A stretch of DNA of 62,134 nt, filler included, from Malassezia furfur (Eukaryota), in the NCBI GenBank assembly GCA_052055015.1. It is 4 parts of 4 records of this genome, joined end to end, with 100 filler letters (N's around TTAATTAATTAA, not from the genome) between each part and the next. Parts side by side here need not be neighbours in the genome. Positions count along the whole stretch, not along the records: positions 31,195 to 46,618 come from JBQJIT010000273.1; positions 46,719 to 62,134 come from JBQJIT010000274.1; 2 more parts are not named here. One strand, written 5' to 3'. Shown here in pieces: positions 45,796-56,999 of the stretch (position 1 is its first letter; each line of letters opens with the position of its first letter). The notes beneath the pieces were generated by a model. That model was not told the origin of the DNA. It searched no databases and saw only the letters and a list, made by a program, of their open reading frames with translations. A program made the position numbers and the translations under genes.

Positions 45796-46618
45796 ATGGC
45801 CGAATTCCCGAGCGCGAGCGGGGCCGACGACGTCGCGAGCCTCTCGCTCGACGAAAAGCTCGTATCGAAGGTGTGTGACTCTCCTGACGCAGCTCTGGAA
45901 GGCCCGTCTCGCCGGCTATGAGGAGCTGGCGCGCCTCTTTGCGCGCACGGCGTCCGAGGACGACCCCGTGTTCGCCGAGTACGCTCGGCGTACGGATACG
46001 CTGCGCGCCATGGCGCTCGACGCGAATGCAGCCGCCCAGGAGAAGGGCCTTGAGGCGCTTGTTGCGTTCGTGCAGAACGGGGGCCGCGTCGCCGGGCGGA
46101 CCCGCGAAGCGGTGCTCCCCGCGATCGCCGAAAAGGGCCTCACGTCGATGCGCACCGGCACACGCAAGCACGCCCACGACCTCGTGCTGCTCTATGCGGC
46201 GCACGAGGACGTCGCAGGGTGCGAAGGGCTGCTGTCCGATCTATGTGCGCTGCTCTCGTCCAAGCAGCCCAAAGTCGTCGCGGCCAACGTCGCGGCGCTC
46301 GCGGCGCTTGTCAACGCGTTCGGCACGCAGCAGCTCCAGGTGAAGGGCGTCGTGAAACGCGTGCCAGATATCTTTGCACACGCAGACAAGAACGTGCGTG
46401 CCGAGGGCACGCAGCTCGCCGTCGCGCTGCATCGGTACCTCGGCGCGGCGCTCCGACCGACGCTGGGCCAGCTTAAAGAGATCCAGGTGAAGGAGCTCGA
46501 GGCGAAGTTTGCCGAGGCAGACGCACAGGGCGCACCGAGCCCGACGCACTATCTCTTGTCGCAGCAGCCCGCGGAGCCGGCCGCGGCTGAGCCCGGCGCG
46601 GCCTGCGGCGACGCCGAT
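45796..46618 (+). CDS. STU2: XMAP215/Stu2/Alp14 microtubule polymerase, TOG1 region; 3' truncated
   Basis: LDEKLVSK|LWKARLAGYEEL, DANAAAQEKG, KQPKVVA, FAHADKNVRAEG. 22-nt intron at 45871-45892. Confidence 0.9.
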
Positions 46619-46718
46619 NNNNNNNNNNNNNNNNNNNNNNNNNNNNNNNNNNNNNNNNNNNNTTAATTAATTAANNNNNNNNNNNNNNNNNNNNNNNNNN
46701 NNNNNNNNNNNNNNNNNN
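46619..46718. other. Artificial contig linker
   Basis: N44-TTAATTAATTAA-N44. Confidence 0.99.
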
Positions 46719-46877
46719 CTCGATGGCTCCGCGGGGCGCACCACACGCACCGCGCTGCTCTCCGCGCCACCACCGCCATGCGGCGCGTCGCGCGCTCCTC
46801 CGCCCTCGGGCGCGCTCGCCTGCGGACGCGGCCACACCATGGCGAGACGCGCGTCACGTGCGCCCCTTCCTTCGACC

Positions 46878-47279
46878 ATGGCGCGCGGCGCTCGGCACGC
46901 GGCCGCAGTGCGCGCGGCGATTGCAGCGCTCCAGGCGGACGCGCCGGCCCACCACATGCCGGCGCTCACGCAGCTCGTGTTCCACGTCCCGCACAAACTC
47001 GACAACCCGCGCCTCTGGTACGCCGCCTCCTTTGCGCTGACCCAGGGACCTCATGCGCCGCCAATTGCCCAAGGTGGTGTACGCCAACCCGCAGGTGGAC
47101 GTGCAGGTCGCCCCGACGCAGCCCAGCGAGGCGACAAGCGTGCGCGTGCACTTTGGTACGCCCTCCGCACTCACGCAGCCAACATGCCCGAGCGCACCAT
47201 CGTCCTGGGCGACAAGCCCGCCTCGGAAATCCTGCGCGAGCTGCGCACCATGGGCCGCTTTGCGCACGAACAGCGGTAG
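46878..47279 (+). CDS. Probable mitochondrial ribosomal protein mL61/Mrp49 (L51/S25/CI-B8 domain)
   Basis: W|DLMRRQLPKVVYANPQV...VHF|AN...SEILREL after introns 47018-47045 and 47156-47178. Confidence 0.65.
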   Translation: MARGARHAAAVRAAIAALQADAPAHHMPALTQLVFHVPHKLDNPRLWYAASFALTQGPHAPPIAQGGVRQPAGGRAGRPDAAQRGDKRARALWYALRTHAANMPERTIVLGDKPASEILRELRTMGRFAHEQR

Positions 47280-47326
47280 CGTGCTAGATAGGGTATGCTA
47301 GTCTCGTCTACAAGACCTGTTTTGCG

Positions 47327-49462
47327 TCACAGCGGGAGCGTCGGCACCGCACTGCGTCCGCCGCCGAGCTCCTCTGCCCGGATGTGCTCCCGCACAGGCT
47401 GCTCGGCGCGCCAGAGCGTCGCACGCAGCACACGGTCCTCGGCACGCCGCAGCAGACGGCACAGCGCCTCGACGACCGTCGGCGTGTGCTGCTCGTCCGA
47501 GCCCGCGCCCCGCGTCGTGAGCGCCTGCACGAGGCTCGCGCGGTCCATCGTCGGCACCATGCGCCGGTTCGTGCCGAGCAGCTGTTTGGCCGCGGCGCGC
47601 TTGCCGCTCGGCGACACACGGCGCACCGGGCCCGCAGCACGCGCGCCGCTTTTGAACGCCTGCGGCGCGCTGCCGCCCGTCGCCTCGGCATAGATGCGGA
47701 TCACGCCCTGCGCCTCGAGACGGTCGAGCACGTCGAGCAGCTCCGAGGTCTCGAGGGGGCTCGCGAAGCCCGCGTCGTCCGCGAGCATCGCATGGTACGC
47801 CGCCTCGAGCTCCGCGATGCGCGTGCTGCCGTCGACCATCGGCGCGGAGCCGCTGAGCTGCGCCTCGGCGCGCTCCTGCAGTGTGACCCACGCAACGAGC
47901 AGCAGCTTCGCATGGATCCCAAGCGCACGCACGCGCGCCGCCTGCGCGTGGCCGGCCATGTGCGACAGCACACGCAGGATGTGCGACGGCTGCACACACG
48001 CCGCGCCCTCCGCCTCGACCACGTCGAGCGCCTGGCGGCACGTGTCGAGCGCGCGGCGGACGTCGCCGGACACGGCGGTCAGCTTGCGCGCCAGGAGCTC
48101 AAGCGCAGGGCGCGAAAAGAGCTGCGCCGCGCCGTGCGCCGCGCCAAGCTGCGCAAGGCGCCCATCGATCACCGCACGCATCTCGGCGGCGCCCAGCGGC
48201 TGGAACTGCATCTGCGCAGGCTGCACGCCGCGGCTGGCCAGCAGCGGCACAAACCGCTCGGTCAGGTCGAGCGAGTTGGCGATGCCGATCAGCGCGACGC
48301 GCGCGCAGCTGCGCACACGCGTCGGCACACAAAACAGGCGGTACAGCACGTTTTGGTGCACATGGGTATGCATCAGATGGTCGAGCTCGTCGAGCACCAG
48401 CACGAGGGGCCGCGCCGCATGCGCCGCAAGCGCCGTCTCCAGCTGCTCGAGGTCGTGCGCGGCGTCGTCGGTGCGCGGCGCACTCAGCGCCGCGAGAATC
48501 TCGGTCGCGACCTGGTGGGGGTGGGACAGCCCCACGCAGTTCACCAGCACCGTCTGGGCCCTGTCCGCCTGCTCGCTCAGCACCGAGCGCACCAGCGCCG
48601 TCTTCCCCGTGCCGGGCATCCCGGACACGTACAGGCATCCGGACGACGTCGGCGCCGCGGCAAGCGCGCCATCGAGAAACGTGTACAGCGTCGCACGCTC
48701 CGCGTCGCGGCCCACCAGCGGCGCGTCGGAGCTGTCACGCAGCACTGCACGCGCCTCGGCGTAGACCGACAGCGAAGCGCGCGCTTTGTGCGGCGTGGTG
48801 CTCGGCGTGGTCGGCGCACTGGACGCATCGCTCGCGCCGTCGTCCAAGAGGCTTGCCGCGCTGTGCACGGACGAGGGAGTGTGCACGAGGCACGGGCGCT
48901 TGCGAGAGGGTGTGCGTGGCAGGGCACTCGGCGCAGGCGCCGTCTCGGGGGCCGTCTCGGGGGCCTCGGGGGCCGGCTTGGGAGCAGCCGCCGCCTCGAG
49001 GGTCCCCTGCTCGGCTCGGGCCGCATCCGCCTCGGCGCTGGCTGCCGCCGCGGCGCCATCCGCCGCCTTGGTCTCGGCGAGCGAGGGCACCACGGGGCCC
49101 TCGGGGTATGCTTTGTCGCGCACGTCGGTACGCCGTGCGCGCGCGCGGGTATGCATTGCGATCGACTCGTGCGTCGTGCGCGGGGATTGGCGCACGCGGG
49201 CCTCTTCGTCGAGCACGCGCCGGCTTGTACGGCGGATCGGCGCGATATTTTCCTTGTCGTCCTCGAACCGACGCTTGCGCGCCGGCGACTGCCCGGCACA
49301 CCCCCCCAGGCGGGCCGAGGTGCGCCGCGGCGGCCGATCGTCGTCGTCGCTGTCCGACGCACACGAGTGCTTCGGCGCGGCGGCGCGCGGCAGAGCGGGT
49401 TGCGCTTTTTCGTCCGCGGCCGACGCGGCCTGCTGCGCGGCGCGCGTACGCTGCCGGGTCAT
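47327..49462 (-). CDS. CDC6: Replication licensing AAA+ ATPase Cdc6/Cdc18; start uncertain
   Basis: LVGRDAE, LYVSGMPGTGKT, LVLDELD, IGIANSLDLTER, SGDVRRAL. Confidence 0.93.
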   Translation of the reverse strand: MTRQRTRAAQQAASAADEKAQPALPRAAAPKHSCASDSDDDDRPPRRTSARLGGCAGQSPARKRRFEDDKENIAPIRRTSRRVLDEEARVRQSPRTTHESIAMHTRARARRTDVRDKAYPEGPVVPSLAETKAADGAAAAASAEADAARAEQGTLEAAAAPKPAPEAPETAPETAPAPSALPRTPSRKRPCLVHTPSSVHSAASLLDDGASDASSAPTTPSTTPHKARASLSVYAEARAVLRDSSDAPLVGRDAERATLYTFLDGALAAAPTSSGCLYVSGMPGTGKTALVRSVLSEQADRAQTVLVNCVGLSHPHQVATEILAALSAPRTDDAAHDLEQLETALAAHAARPLVLVLDELDHLMHTHVHQNVLYRLFCVPTRVRSCARVALIGIANSLDLTERFVPLLASRGVQPAQMQFQPLGAAEMRAVIDGRLAQLGAAHGAAQLFSRPALELLARKLTAVSGDVRRALDTCRQALDVVEAEGAACVQPSHILRVLSHMAGHAQAARVRALGIHAKLLLVAWVTLQERAEAQLSGSAPMVDGSTRIAELEAAYHAMLADDAGFASPLETSELLDVLDRLEAQGVIRIYAEATGGSAPQAFKSGARAAGPVRRVSPSGKRAAAKQLLGTNRRMVPTMDRASLVQALTTRGAGSDEQHTPTVVEALCRLLRRAEDRVLRATLWRAEQPVREHIRAEELGGGRSAVPTLPL

Positions 49463-49810
49463 GACCGGCTTCTCGCTGGCGCTGCCTACGTGCGATGGCA
49501 GCGCCTGCGTCGTACACAGCGGTGCGCGGCGGGCGGCCATGGTCATCCAGGTCAGGGAGGCACCGTGGGCACCCGGCACACTTCCGACGCACGCGCGCCC
49601 ATTTACGCGCCTCGCCTCGGACGCGCCTCTCGCAGATTCCAGTGCTGCGTCATGCGTACGCGCCCAACAGGACAAGTCACGACGCGCCGCGCACGCGCCA
49701 CGTGGGAAATGCGGCGTGCCGCGCGCGGTGCGCGCACGTCGGCCGAGGCCCGAGGCAATCAGAAGGGCGGGCGTCGGGGCCCGGAGCAGGGGTCACATCT
49801 GCAAGGAACA

Positions 49811-51198
49811 CTACGTATAGCCTCCACGGTAGTGAGGGCGAAACGGACTGGGCGCGTCGGCGTACCGTGCGCCGCGCCCCCGCCGAGCGCGCCGCGCAGG
49901 AGGCGACACGGAGCGGGGGCGCGGGCCACGCACAAACGGCCGCCCACGCGTCGGCGTCGACGACCGGCTCCGGTCCTTGTCTCGCCGTGCGTCGCGGCGG
50001 AACGCCTCGGGCGTCCGACCACGCTCTTGCGTAGGCGAATCATAGTCCAGCGGCTGCCGTAGCGCCTGCCGCCGCGCAAACCAGTCGTGATCGTCCTCGT
50101 CCCGCTCCATGTCCAGCAGCGAGGGACGCGGCGGCAGAGGACCTTCGCTCCGCCGCCGCCGCAGCGGCGCACGCGGCGACGCCGCTCGCGCCTCGCCGCC
50201 ACGGCGGATGTGTGCGTGTGCACGCGGCTGGGCAAACGGACCGCTCGACGCAATCGCCTCGCTGAACGGCGACGGCTCGCCGGTCGGCCGCGTGGGGTTC
50301 GCGCGCCGCAAAAAGCAGTCGTCGCCCCAGTGGTGGCCGGACGCCGCACAGTTGTAGCACCACGCCAGCGCGGGGTCCCAGTCCTTCGGCGGCGCGTCGT
50401 GCACCGCTTCCTCGTCGTCGCTCGAGTCGCTCGGGCCACTCGAGTCGCTCGGCTGCACGAGCGCCGCGGCCCACCCCGCGCGGTGCTTCTCGCGGCGCTG
50501 GGTGCGCTCCGCTTTGCGCTCGGCGCGCCGCTCGAGATGGCGCGCGCGCTTCGCACGGCGCTCGGCGTATTCCTCGGGCGTGTTGTAGGTATAGATACGC
50601 CACAGCGTCGGGCAGCTCGTCTCGGGATGCGACGTGCTTCCGCACCGCTCGCACATACTGCGTCGGCCGCCGGTGCGGGGCAACGGACAGTCCTGGGTCA
50701 GTGGGGTCAACGTACGCGGCTCCGGTGGCCGATGCCGCCACAGCGGAAGCAGCTCGTGCCGAGCGGGCAGTCACGCGTCGCGTGCTCATCGATTGCGCCA
50801 CACGCCAGGCACTGCTGGTAGGGGCACCGCTTCTTATCGTGGCCGGCCTCGCCACACACGGGGCAGATGCCCTTTTGCCGGCGCGCGTCCGCCGCCTCGG
50901 CTTCGTAGTACCGCGCGCCGGGCGCCGCATCAATCTGCTCGTAGTCGCCATCGGCCGTCGGCGCGGGCGGCGGCGAGGCCGGCGCGTCGGCGACGATCGC
51001 GACGTGGCCCGGCAGCTGAAGGCCGCCGTCCGACGTGGGCGCCTCGGCGGGCGCCTCGCCCGGCGGCGAGTCCGCACGCGCTTCGGGCACGTCGGCGCTT
51101 CCCGTGTCTACGACAAAGCTCGAGTCTGCCGCTTCGCCGTCGTCCGCAGCCGACGTCGCGTGCGCGGCACGCGACCCGCGTGCCTTCTTCCGGCTCAT
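49811..51198 (-). CDS. Zinc-knuckle protein, Air1/Air2 (TRAMP)-like
   Basis: Five CCHC-type knuckles, CPTLWRIY and WCYNCAASGHHWGDDC. 23-nt intron at 50693-50715. Confidence 0.85.
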
Positions 51199-51238
51199 GC
51201 GGCAAAAACGAAACGACGGCCTCCACAATACCACGTGG

Positions 51239-52307
51239 CTATGAGCGGCTCGGCAGGCCGTCGTGCAGGTCGTAGCGGATGCGGAAGATGTCGCGCGCAG
51301 TCGTGAGCACACGCAAGTCGAGCGTGTGGTACAGGAGCGCCTCGTTCTCGTGCTCGACTCGTGCAGTGCACCCGAGCAGGGGTGCGCTGCAGCTCGACAG
51401 GCCCAGGCCGCGCGGCGCCTCGGCGCCGTCCTTCGGTGGGCCGGCCGCATTGCACATGCACACAAAGCTCTCGTTCTCCATCGCGCGGCACACAGTGAGC
51501 GCATCTGATGAGTGTGTAGGGGTACATACTGAGGCATGCCTCCTCGCAATCCTTGTTCCACGCAAGCGCGGCAGGGCCGCTATCGTCCGCGTACCAGCAC
51601 GTAGGCGCAAAAATGACGTCCGGCCCGATCCACTGCCCGGGGCGGTCGAGGTGCGCATCGCTGTGGCCCTCCTCCTTCGGCCCGATCATCCGCCGGAACG
51701 CCTCGGGGAACATCAGGTCCCAGCACATGACCATCGCCGAGCGCACCACAAGGCCGCGCCGCGTCTCAAAGACAAACGCGGCCGCTTGGTCTTCGAGCGG
51801 GTGCGTTTGGTCGGTCGCGCCCGCGAGGATCGCGCGCTCGGCGTGCCACAAGTTCCGCTTGGTATAGATGCCGCACACGGTCCCTTTGCGGTCGACAAAG
51901 TAGGTCGTGTTGTACAGGCCGTGCTGCGTCGTATCGCCCTGTGCAAACGCACGCAGCTGGACGACGGAGCCGGTGACGATCGCGATATCGTGCGCGGCGG
52001 CAATGTCCGCCACGTCTTTGACCCACGGCGCAATGTCGTGGCCCTGCAGTGCGGGGGTGCGCTTCACGCTGTGCCACGCGCCGTGCGTCGCGCCGGTCAG
52101 AAAGTACTCGGGGAAGACGATAACGTCGGCGCCGTTCGCGGCCGCCTGCTGCGTGAGCCGCGCGAGTTTCGGCAGCGCCTCGTCGATCACCCCATGCTCG
52201 GAGCTGTTGGGGTACACCTGCGCAAGCACGACGTGCAGCCGCAGCCGCTCTTCCTCGGCGTTCGCGCCGTGCACAAACGCGCCCTGGACGGGGAGGTCGG
52301 ACGCCAT
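51239..52307 (-). CDS. Carbon-nitrogen hydrolase (nitrilase superfamily)
   Basis: Catalytic triad FPEY, YTKRNL, MCWDL. RAMENE after a 25-nt intron (51505-51529). Confidence 0.88.
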
Positions 52308-52357
52308 GCGGGGGAAAGTGGAGGAGGCCACGCGCACGGCCGTCGGCGCCCACCAGC

Positions 52358-54481
52358 ATGGCGGCGCGCACGGGGGTGCTCCCGGAAGAGCTCATCGAGA
52401 GCATTCTGACGTATGCGTGCACGCATACCTACGTGGGCCGCGACCACGGGCCTGAGGCGCTGCACGTCCACAACGGGCGCGTCACCGATGTCCTCGACCA
52501 CCTCGATACGGGCGCCGCCGGCCGCCTCAATACGGTGCTGTTCCCCGCGCCGGCGCAGGAGCGCAAGCCGCGCACGACGCGCGCGGTGGACGTGGTGATG
52601 ACGCGCCATGTGATGCAGCTCAACCGGCACTATTACGCGCTCGGCGCCCAGATCCTGTACCGCGCGCCGGTGCTCGCAACGCCGTCGCAGCTCACTCAGT
52701 TTGCCCGCACGCTCGTGGCCCGCCCGGTGCTCGGCCACCTCGTGCGCCACCTGTACGTCGGCACGACCGAGCCACGCACCGAGCTTCCGCTCTCCCTCTT
52801 CCAGGGGGGCGCCGCGAGCTACGAGCGCGGCCTGTCCCTTGCGCCCGAGTCGACCAGTGCCGCGGCGGCCGCCGCCCATCCGTGCGAGCCGACCGGCTCG
52901 ATTCTGCCGCACGTCGTCGAGCAGGACCTCGGCGAGATTAGCGCACTGTACATGGGGCCGATCGGTGCGCACGGCTTCGACATCTACCGCCCTGGCTTTG
53001 ACCGCGAGGACGAGTGGATCGGGGTGGGGCCGTGGGTGCTCCGCCTGCACGAGACACGGTGCCTGCTGCGCTGGATGCGCGCGCTCGCGTACCAGGAGCG
53101 CCTCGAGACCGCACAGACGGTGTCGCTTGACCCGCCGCTCGAGACGCAGCTCGCGGCGCTGCGCGCCGAGGCAGAGACGGCACGCATGGCCATCGGCGAC
53201 CTCCTCAACGAGTACGATACGAGCGACCACCGCCCCCTGTTTGAGCGGCGCACGGGCACGCGACACGACCCCCTAGACTGGGAGAGCGCCACGATGGAGC
53301 TCGCGCCGCTTCCCGAAGGCCTTCCGCTCGAAGAGTACGAGGTCGTCCTCGCGCTGCAGTGGCGCATCGTCGACGGCTGGCCCGAGGCGTGGCGTGCGGC
53401 CGTGCCGCGCTGGCTGTGTGCGCTGCTTGCGCTCGCAATCGCCTATGGACGGTACTTGGGCATGACGGCGACCGCGTCGCGGCGTACGGCCATCTTGCAG
53501 GACATGCACCGCAGCGATCCGCGTCTCGCCGACGCGCGGCGCAGGGGTATGGCGTTCTTTGCGGCGCGCGACCGCTTCGACGACCCGTGCTTGTACGCGC
53601 GCTCGGGCGTGATGCATTTCCTGGTGGGCGAGGAGTTTGTCGTGCCTGGGCACGCCGCGGGCACCCAGCACGGTGCCTTTTGGACCCAGCCGGAGCGGTC
53701 GTCGGACGGCGAACTTCTGGCGCCGACCGCGGACCAGCTCGTGGTCGGCTCGTTTGGACCACGCCCACTCGATCTGCTGCCGCACCTGCTCATCGTCCCG
53801 TCGGCGCGCGACACGGGCGCCGCGCCGGCCCCCGGCGAGTATATCCCCCTACCAACGCTCGGCTCACTGCTCTCGACCGTGCACGGCGTGCTGAGCCAGA
53901 CGCCCGGCCTGCAATCTCTCGGGCTCTCGGGCGTGCTGGAGCGTGCAGTGGCCGGCGAGCGCACCACCGCGCAACTGCCGCAGCTGGCGCGCGTGTACCT
54001 TGGCCCGCCGCCGTCGTACTGGGCACATCCGCTGCTGTTTGGCAATGCCGAGCATCCCACGTTCCAGGGCGTGCGCCACGTCGCCATCACCGGGTGCCTC
54101 CTCTTCCGTGACGAGGCGGCGTCGCTCGCTGGGGCACACGGTGCACTACCACACCTTGAGACGGTGTCGTGGAGCATGTACCACAGCACCTGGGAAGAGA
54201 ATGCACACAGCATCCTCAGCGCCATGGTCACCATGCTCGACCTCCCGGCGGCCTACCCAACACCCTCCGCGACATGGCGGCGCGGCGTGCCGCACCTGCG
54301 CGTGGTGCTGCACCCGTCTGATTACGAGGCCGTGCGCGCAAACGCACCGCCCGGTCTGCTCAGCTCGCCCAGGCTCGTATTGGAGGCGGCGCCGCAGAAC
54401 TATACAGGGGGGCGGCATGCCATCTTCCACGACTGGGAGCGGCACGCACGCCCATCTACGATAGAAGAGATAGGAGGGTGA
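52358..54481 (+). CDS. Hypothetical 707-aa protein with F-box-like N-terminus and LRR-like C-terminal region
   Basis: LPEELIESIL, LYRAPVL..QLTQFARTL..LGHLVRHL, TPGLQSLGL. Confidence 0.65.
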   Translation: MAARTGVLPEELIESILTYACTHTYVGRDHGPEALHVHNGRVTDVLDHLDTGAAGRLNTVLFPAPAQERKPRTTRAVDVVMTRHVMQLNRHYYALGAQILYRAPVLATPSQLTQFARTLVARPVLGHLVRHLYVGTTEPRTELPLSLFQGGAASYERGLSLAPESTSAAAAAAHPCEPTGSILPHVVEQDLGEISALYMGPIGAHGFDIYRPGFDREDEWIGVGPWVLRLHETRCLLRWMRALAYQERLETAQTVSLDPPLETQLAALRAEAETARMAIGDLLNEYDTSDHRPLFERRTGTRHDPLDWESATMELAPLPEGLPLEEYEVVLALQWRIVDGWPEAWRAAVPRWLCALLALAIAYGRYLGMTATASRRTAILQDMHRSDPRLADARRRGMAFFAARDRFDDPCLYARSGVMHFLVGEEFVVPGHAAGTQHGAFWTQPERSSDGELLAPTADQLVVGSFGPRPLDLLPHLLIVPSARDTGAAPAPGEYIPLPTLGSLLSTVHGVLSQTPGLQSLGLSGVLERAVAGERTTAQLPQLARVYLGPPPSYWAHPLLFGNAEHPTFQGVRHVAITGCLLFRDEAASLAGAHGALPHLETVSWSMYHSTWEENAHSILSAMVTMLDLPAAYPTPSATWRRGVPHLRVVLHPSDYEAVRANAPPGLLSSPRLVLEAAPQNYTGGRHAIFHDWERHARPSTIEEIGG

Positions 54482-54930
54482 CGCACTCTGCCATGCCCAG
54501 CGACAGCGCAAGACTCGCATGCTGCGTCACGGCAGCGTCCACAAAGTGCTGGTCGTCAGGGCCGCCCTTGCCCCCCGGCGTCGGCACGGGGGCAGCCGCG
54601 GTGCCGGCCAGTGCGCCGGACTTGACGTCCGACGCCGTCGCCGTGATTGCGTCCGAGCTGCTGGACGAGTCTGTGTGAGTGGTGCGACGTACTGCCCGAG
54701 GCACTCGCCGAGCCGGCGGCGGTGCTGGATGCCAAGCTGGCGTCGGTGCTGAGCGCTGAGCTGGCGGCGGTGCTGGGCGCCGAGCTGAGCGCGGCCGACG
54801 ACGCGCTGTTGGATGCCGTGCTCGCCAGCGAGCTCGCGGCTGTACTCGGTGCGGACGTCTGCGCGATACTGCTGCTTTGCGCGGCCACACTCGCGGCGAG
54901 GAGCACCGCTCCCCAGTAGGCCCACCGCAT
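54456..54930 (-). CDS. Small secreted Ser/Ala/Thr-rich, probably GPI-anchored protein
   Basis: Signal MRWAYWGAVLLAASVAA, SAPSTAASS repeats, 22-nt intron (54671-54692), hydrophobic C-terminus. Confidence 0.75.
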
Positions 54931-54982
54931 CGGTGTTGGTCTGTTGGTGTCTACCTGTCACGTGGCTGTCTCCCGACCCCTT

Positions 54983-55393
54983 ATGGCCCAACGTCCAGCG
55001 AGCTTCGACAGCGTGTCCACGGCCTCGGATGCCACGCTGGAGGAGTGGGACGTGGACGCTGGCGAACTCACATACCCTGGTCTCGACGATGCCGATGCCA
55101 TCCCCCTGCACACGCTGCACGAGCCCGACGGCAGCCTCTTGAACATCCACCCCACACACCGTTTCCGCTGGGGAGGCTGGCTTCCACAAGACCCCGAGCA
55201 CCTGCTGACGTTCTTTGGTGTGCTTTTCCTCCTCTTTTTGTGTGTCGCCCTCTTGCCCTGGCTCGCGGGAAAGTCGACGCTGCCCACGCGCACGCCCGCG
55301 TCCACCGTGCCAGCAAATGCATCGTTGAGCTCGGGGTGGGGAACCAGCGCCAGCCAGCCAAGCGGTCCATCCTCCTTGCCCCCCGCCCGGTGA
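54983..55393 (+). CDS. Hypothetical single-pass membrane protein
   Basis: 136 aa with TM segment LLTFFGVLFLLFLCVALLPWL. Confidence 0.55.
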   Translation: MAQRPASFDSVSTASDATLEEWDVDAGELTYPGLDDADAIPLHTLHEPDGSLLNIHPTHRFRWGGWLPQDPEHLLTFFGVLFLLFLCVALLPWLAGKSTLPTRTPASTVPANASLSSGWGTSASQPSGPSSLPPAR

Positions 55394-55610
55394 CACACGG
55401 CTCCCGCTCTCCTATACCCTGTACTATACGACGTAATCCACAAGCTGTGCGCCGGGCGCACGCCTGCCTCCATAGCCTGGCGCCCCGGCCGGGGAATTAG
55501 GCACGCGCCGGCGCGCGGCGCAGTTCCGACACCCAGGCCTAATAGGTTCCCTGCGTGTTCGGGGCACGACCAACACTTGGGCACCGCCGCCGTCTTTGGG
55601 CTTGGCAGGC

Positions 55611-56861
55611 ATGGACACGCACGGCGAGGCGCAGGGCGTGTACGGCGCGGGCGTCTATCACGACCACGAATATGGGCAGAAGGAGGCCTATGCAAACCCC
55701 TACGCGCCGCACGAAGACGGCATGGACGCCTGGGCGATCCAGAGCGACGACGAAAGCGAGCCAGAGTCCGAGGAGGAAGGTGCGTCGGGCGGCCTCACCC
55801 AGACTTTGACGTATACCGCGACTTTAACAACCTGAGCACACCAGCCAAAGAGGAGCCGGTGTACGAACATACCGCACCGCAGCGCGACCAGAGCACGCTG
55901 CCCTCGCGGCGCGCCCAAACCGCGACCCAACCCCCGCCGCTGCGCCGGTCGGGTCCGCAGCTCGTGTCGTTCCACGACATGGGCGGTCTATACCCAGCAA
56001 CAATGAGCAGCCAGCACGTCCATGACATGCAGCGCGGTATGTACGACACGACGCGCGGGCACTCGTTTGCGAGCGACGACGCGAAACCGTTTGCGTACGA
56101 CCTCGGCGAGTCGACGCTGGAGCTGGCCCCACTTGGCGACGAGTTTACCGCAGAAGAGCGCGCGCGCATGTCGCGCAAGGCGCAGCGGCGGCACTGGCGC
56201 TACAGCAAGCTGGGCGCCGTCGACTCGTGGATGCGCGGCTACAACCCGCTGTGTGGCTGGTTTGGGCCGCACGTTGCGGTGTTTACCGTGTTCTTTTTCC
56301 TCGTGTTTCTCGGTGTGCTGCTCTACTTTGTGGTGCCGCGCGTGCCGGACGTCACGCTAAAGACCAAAGACCCACTCGCGGCCGCGGGGGATACGTCTGC
56401 GATGGACATCACCGCGCAGCCGACGGGCTTTGCGATGAACGGCACCTTGACCGTGCGGCTGGACAATGGCGACGGGTGGATTCCGTCGCGCATCAACACG
56501 CTCAGCGCCGAGGTGCACTACAAGCCGGCCAAGACCAAGGTGGGCTCTGGCTCGCTCCGGGGCAAGTCGGTGCCGGGCCGCAAGACGACCGAGCTGAGCA
56601 TCCCTATCGAATTTGACTACCACAGCCTTAACTCGACCGGCGACGACACACAGCTGGCTTTCCAGAATGCATGTGCACATCCTTGTACGTATGTCCTACT
56701 GACCCAGACCGCGGCGTGCAGCGGACGTGTAGGTGGCCATACTTACCGCAGCGCTCGACCTCACGATCGACGTTCTGATCGACATCCAGGCCGTCATTGG
56801 CACGCACAAGTCGACATTCGATCTGACAGGTTATGCATGTCCCTGGGTGCTTCCCAATTAG
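55611..56861 (+). CDS. Type II membrane protein with LEA2/WHy-like luminal domain
   Basis: DFDVYRDFNN, TM ending YFVVPRVP, beta-rich C-terminal domain ending CPWVLPN. Three 23-nt introns: 55780-55802, 56685-56707, 56729-56751. Confidence 0.7.
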
Positions 56862-56999
56862 TGTTGAATTTTTTGATTGGCTTGGCCATATGTAGGTGGG
56901 CTCGATTGGCCTCAATCGCGCAAACTCCCAGACGGAGTAATTACATGTGCGTCGCGTTGGGGACGTCGGCGCGACGCTGCACGCTTGGCTCCGACCACT

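Noticed and set aside
15517..46718. Three identical TTAATTAATTAA motifs in N-runs at ~15.5 kb spacing
   Set aside because: Artificial six-frame-stop linkers. Contig lengths decrease (15478, 15424), consistent with size-sorted concatenation.
13600..52307. Apparent pathway links ODC1-LYS21 (lysine) and ureohydrolase-nitrilase (polyamine)
   Set aside because: The genes are on different contigs, so their proximity is an artefact.
56739..56747. ATACTTACC resembling the U1 snRNA 5' end
   Set aside because: It is the branch region of a 23-nt intron, and no U1 structure follows.
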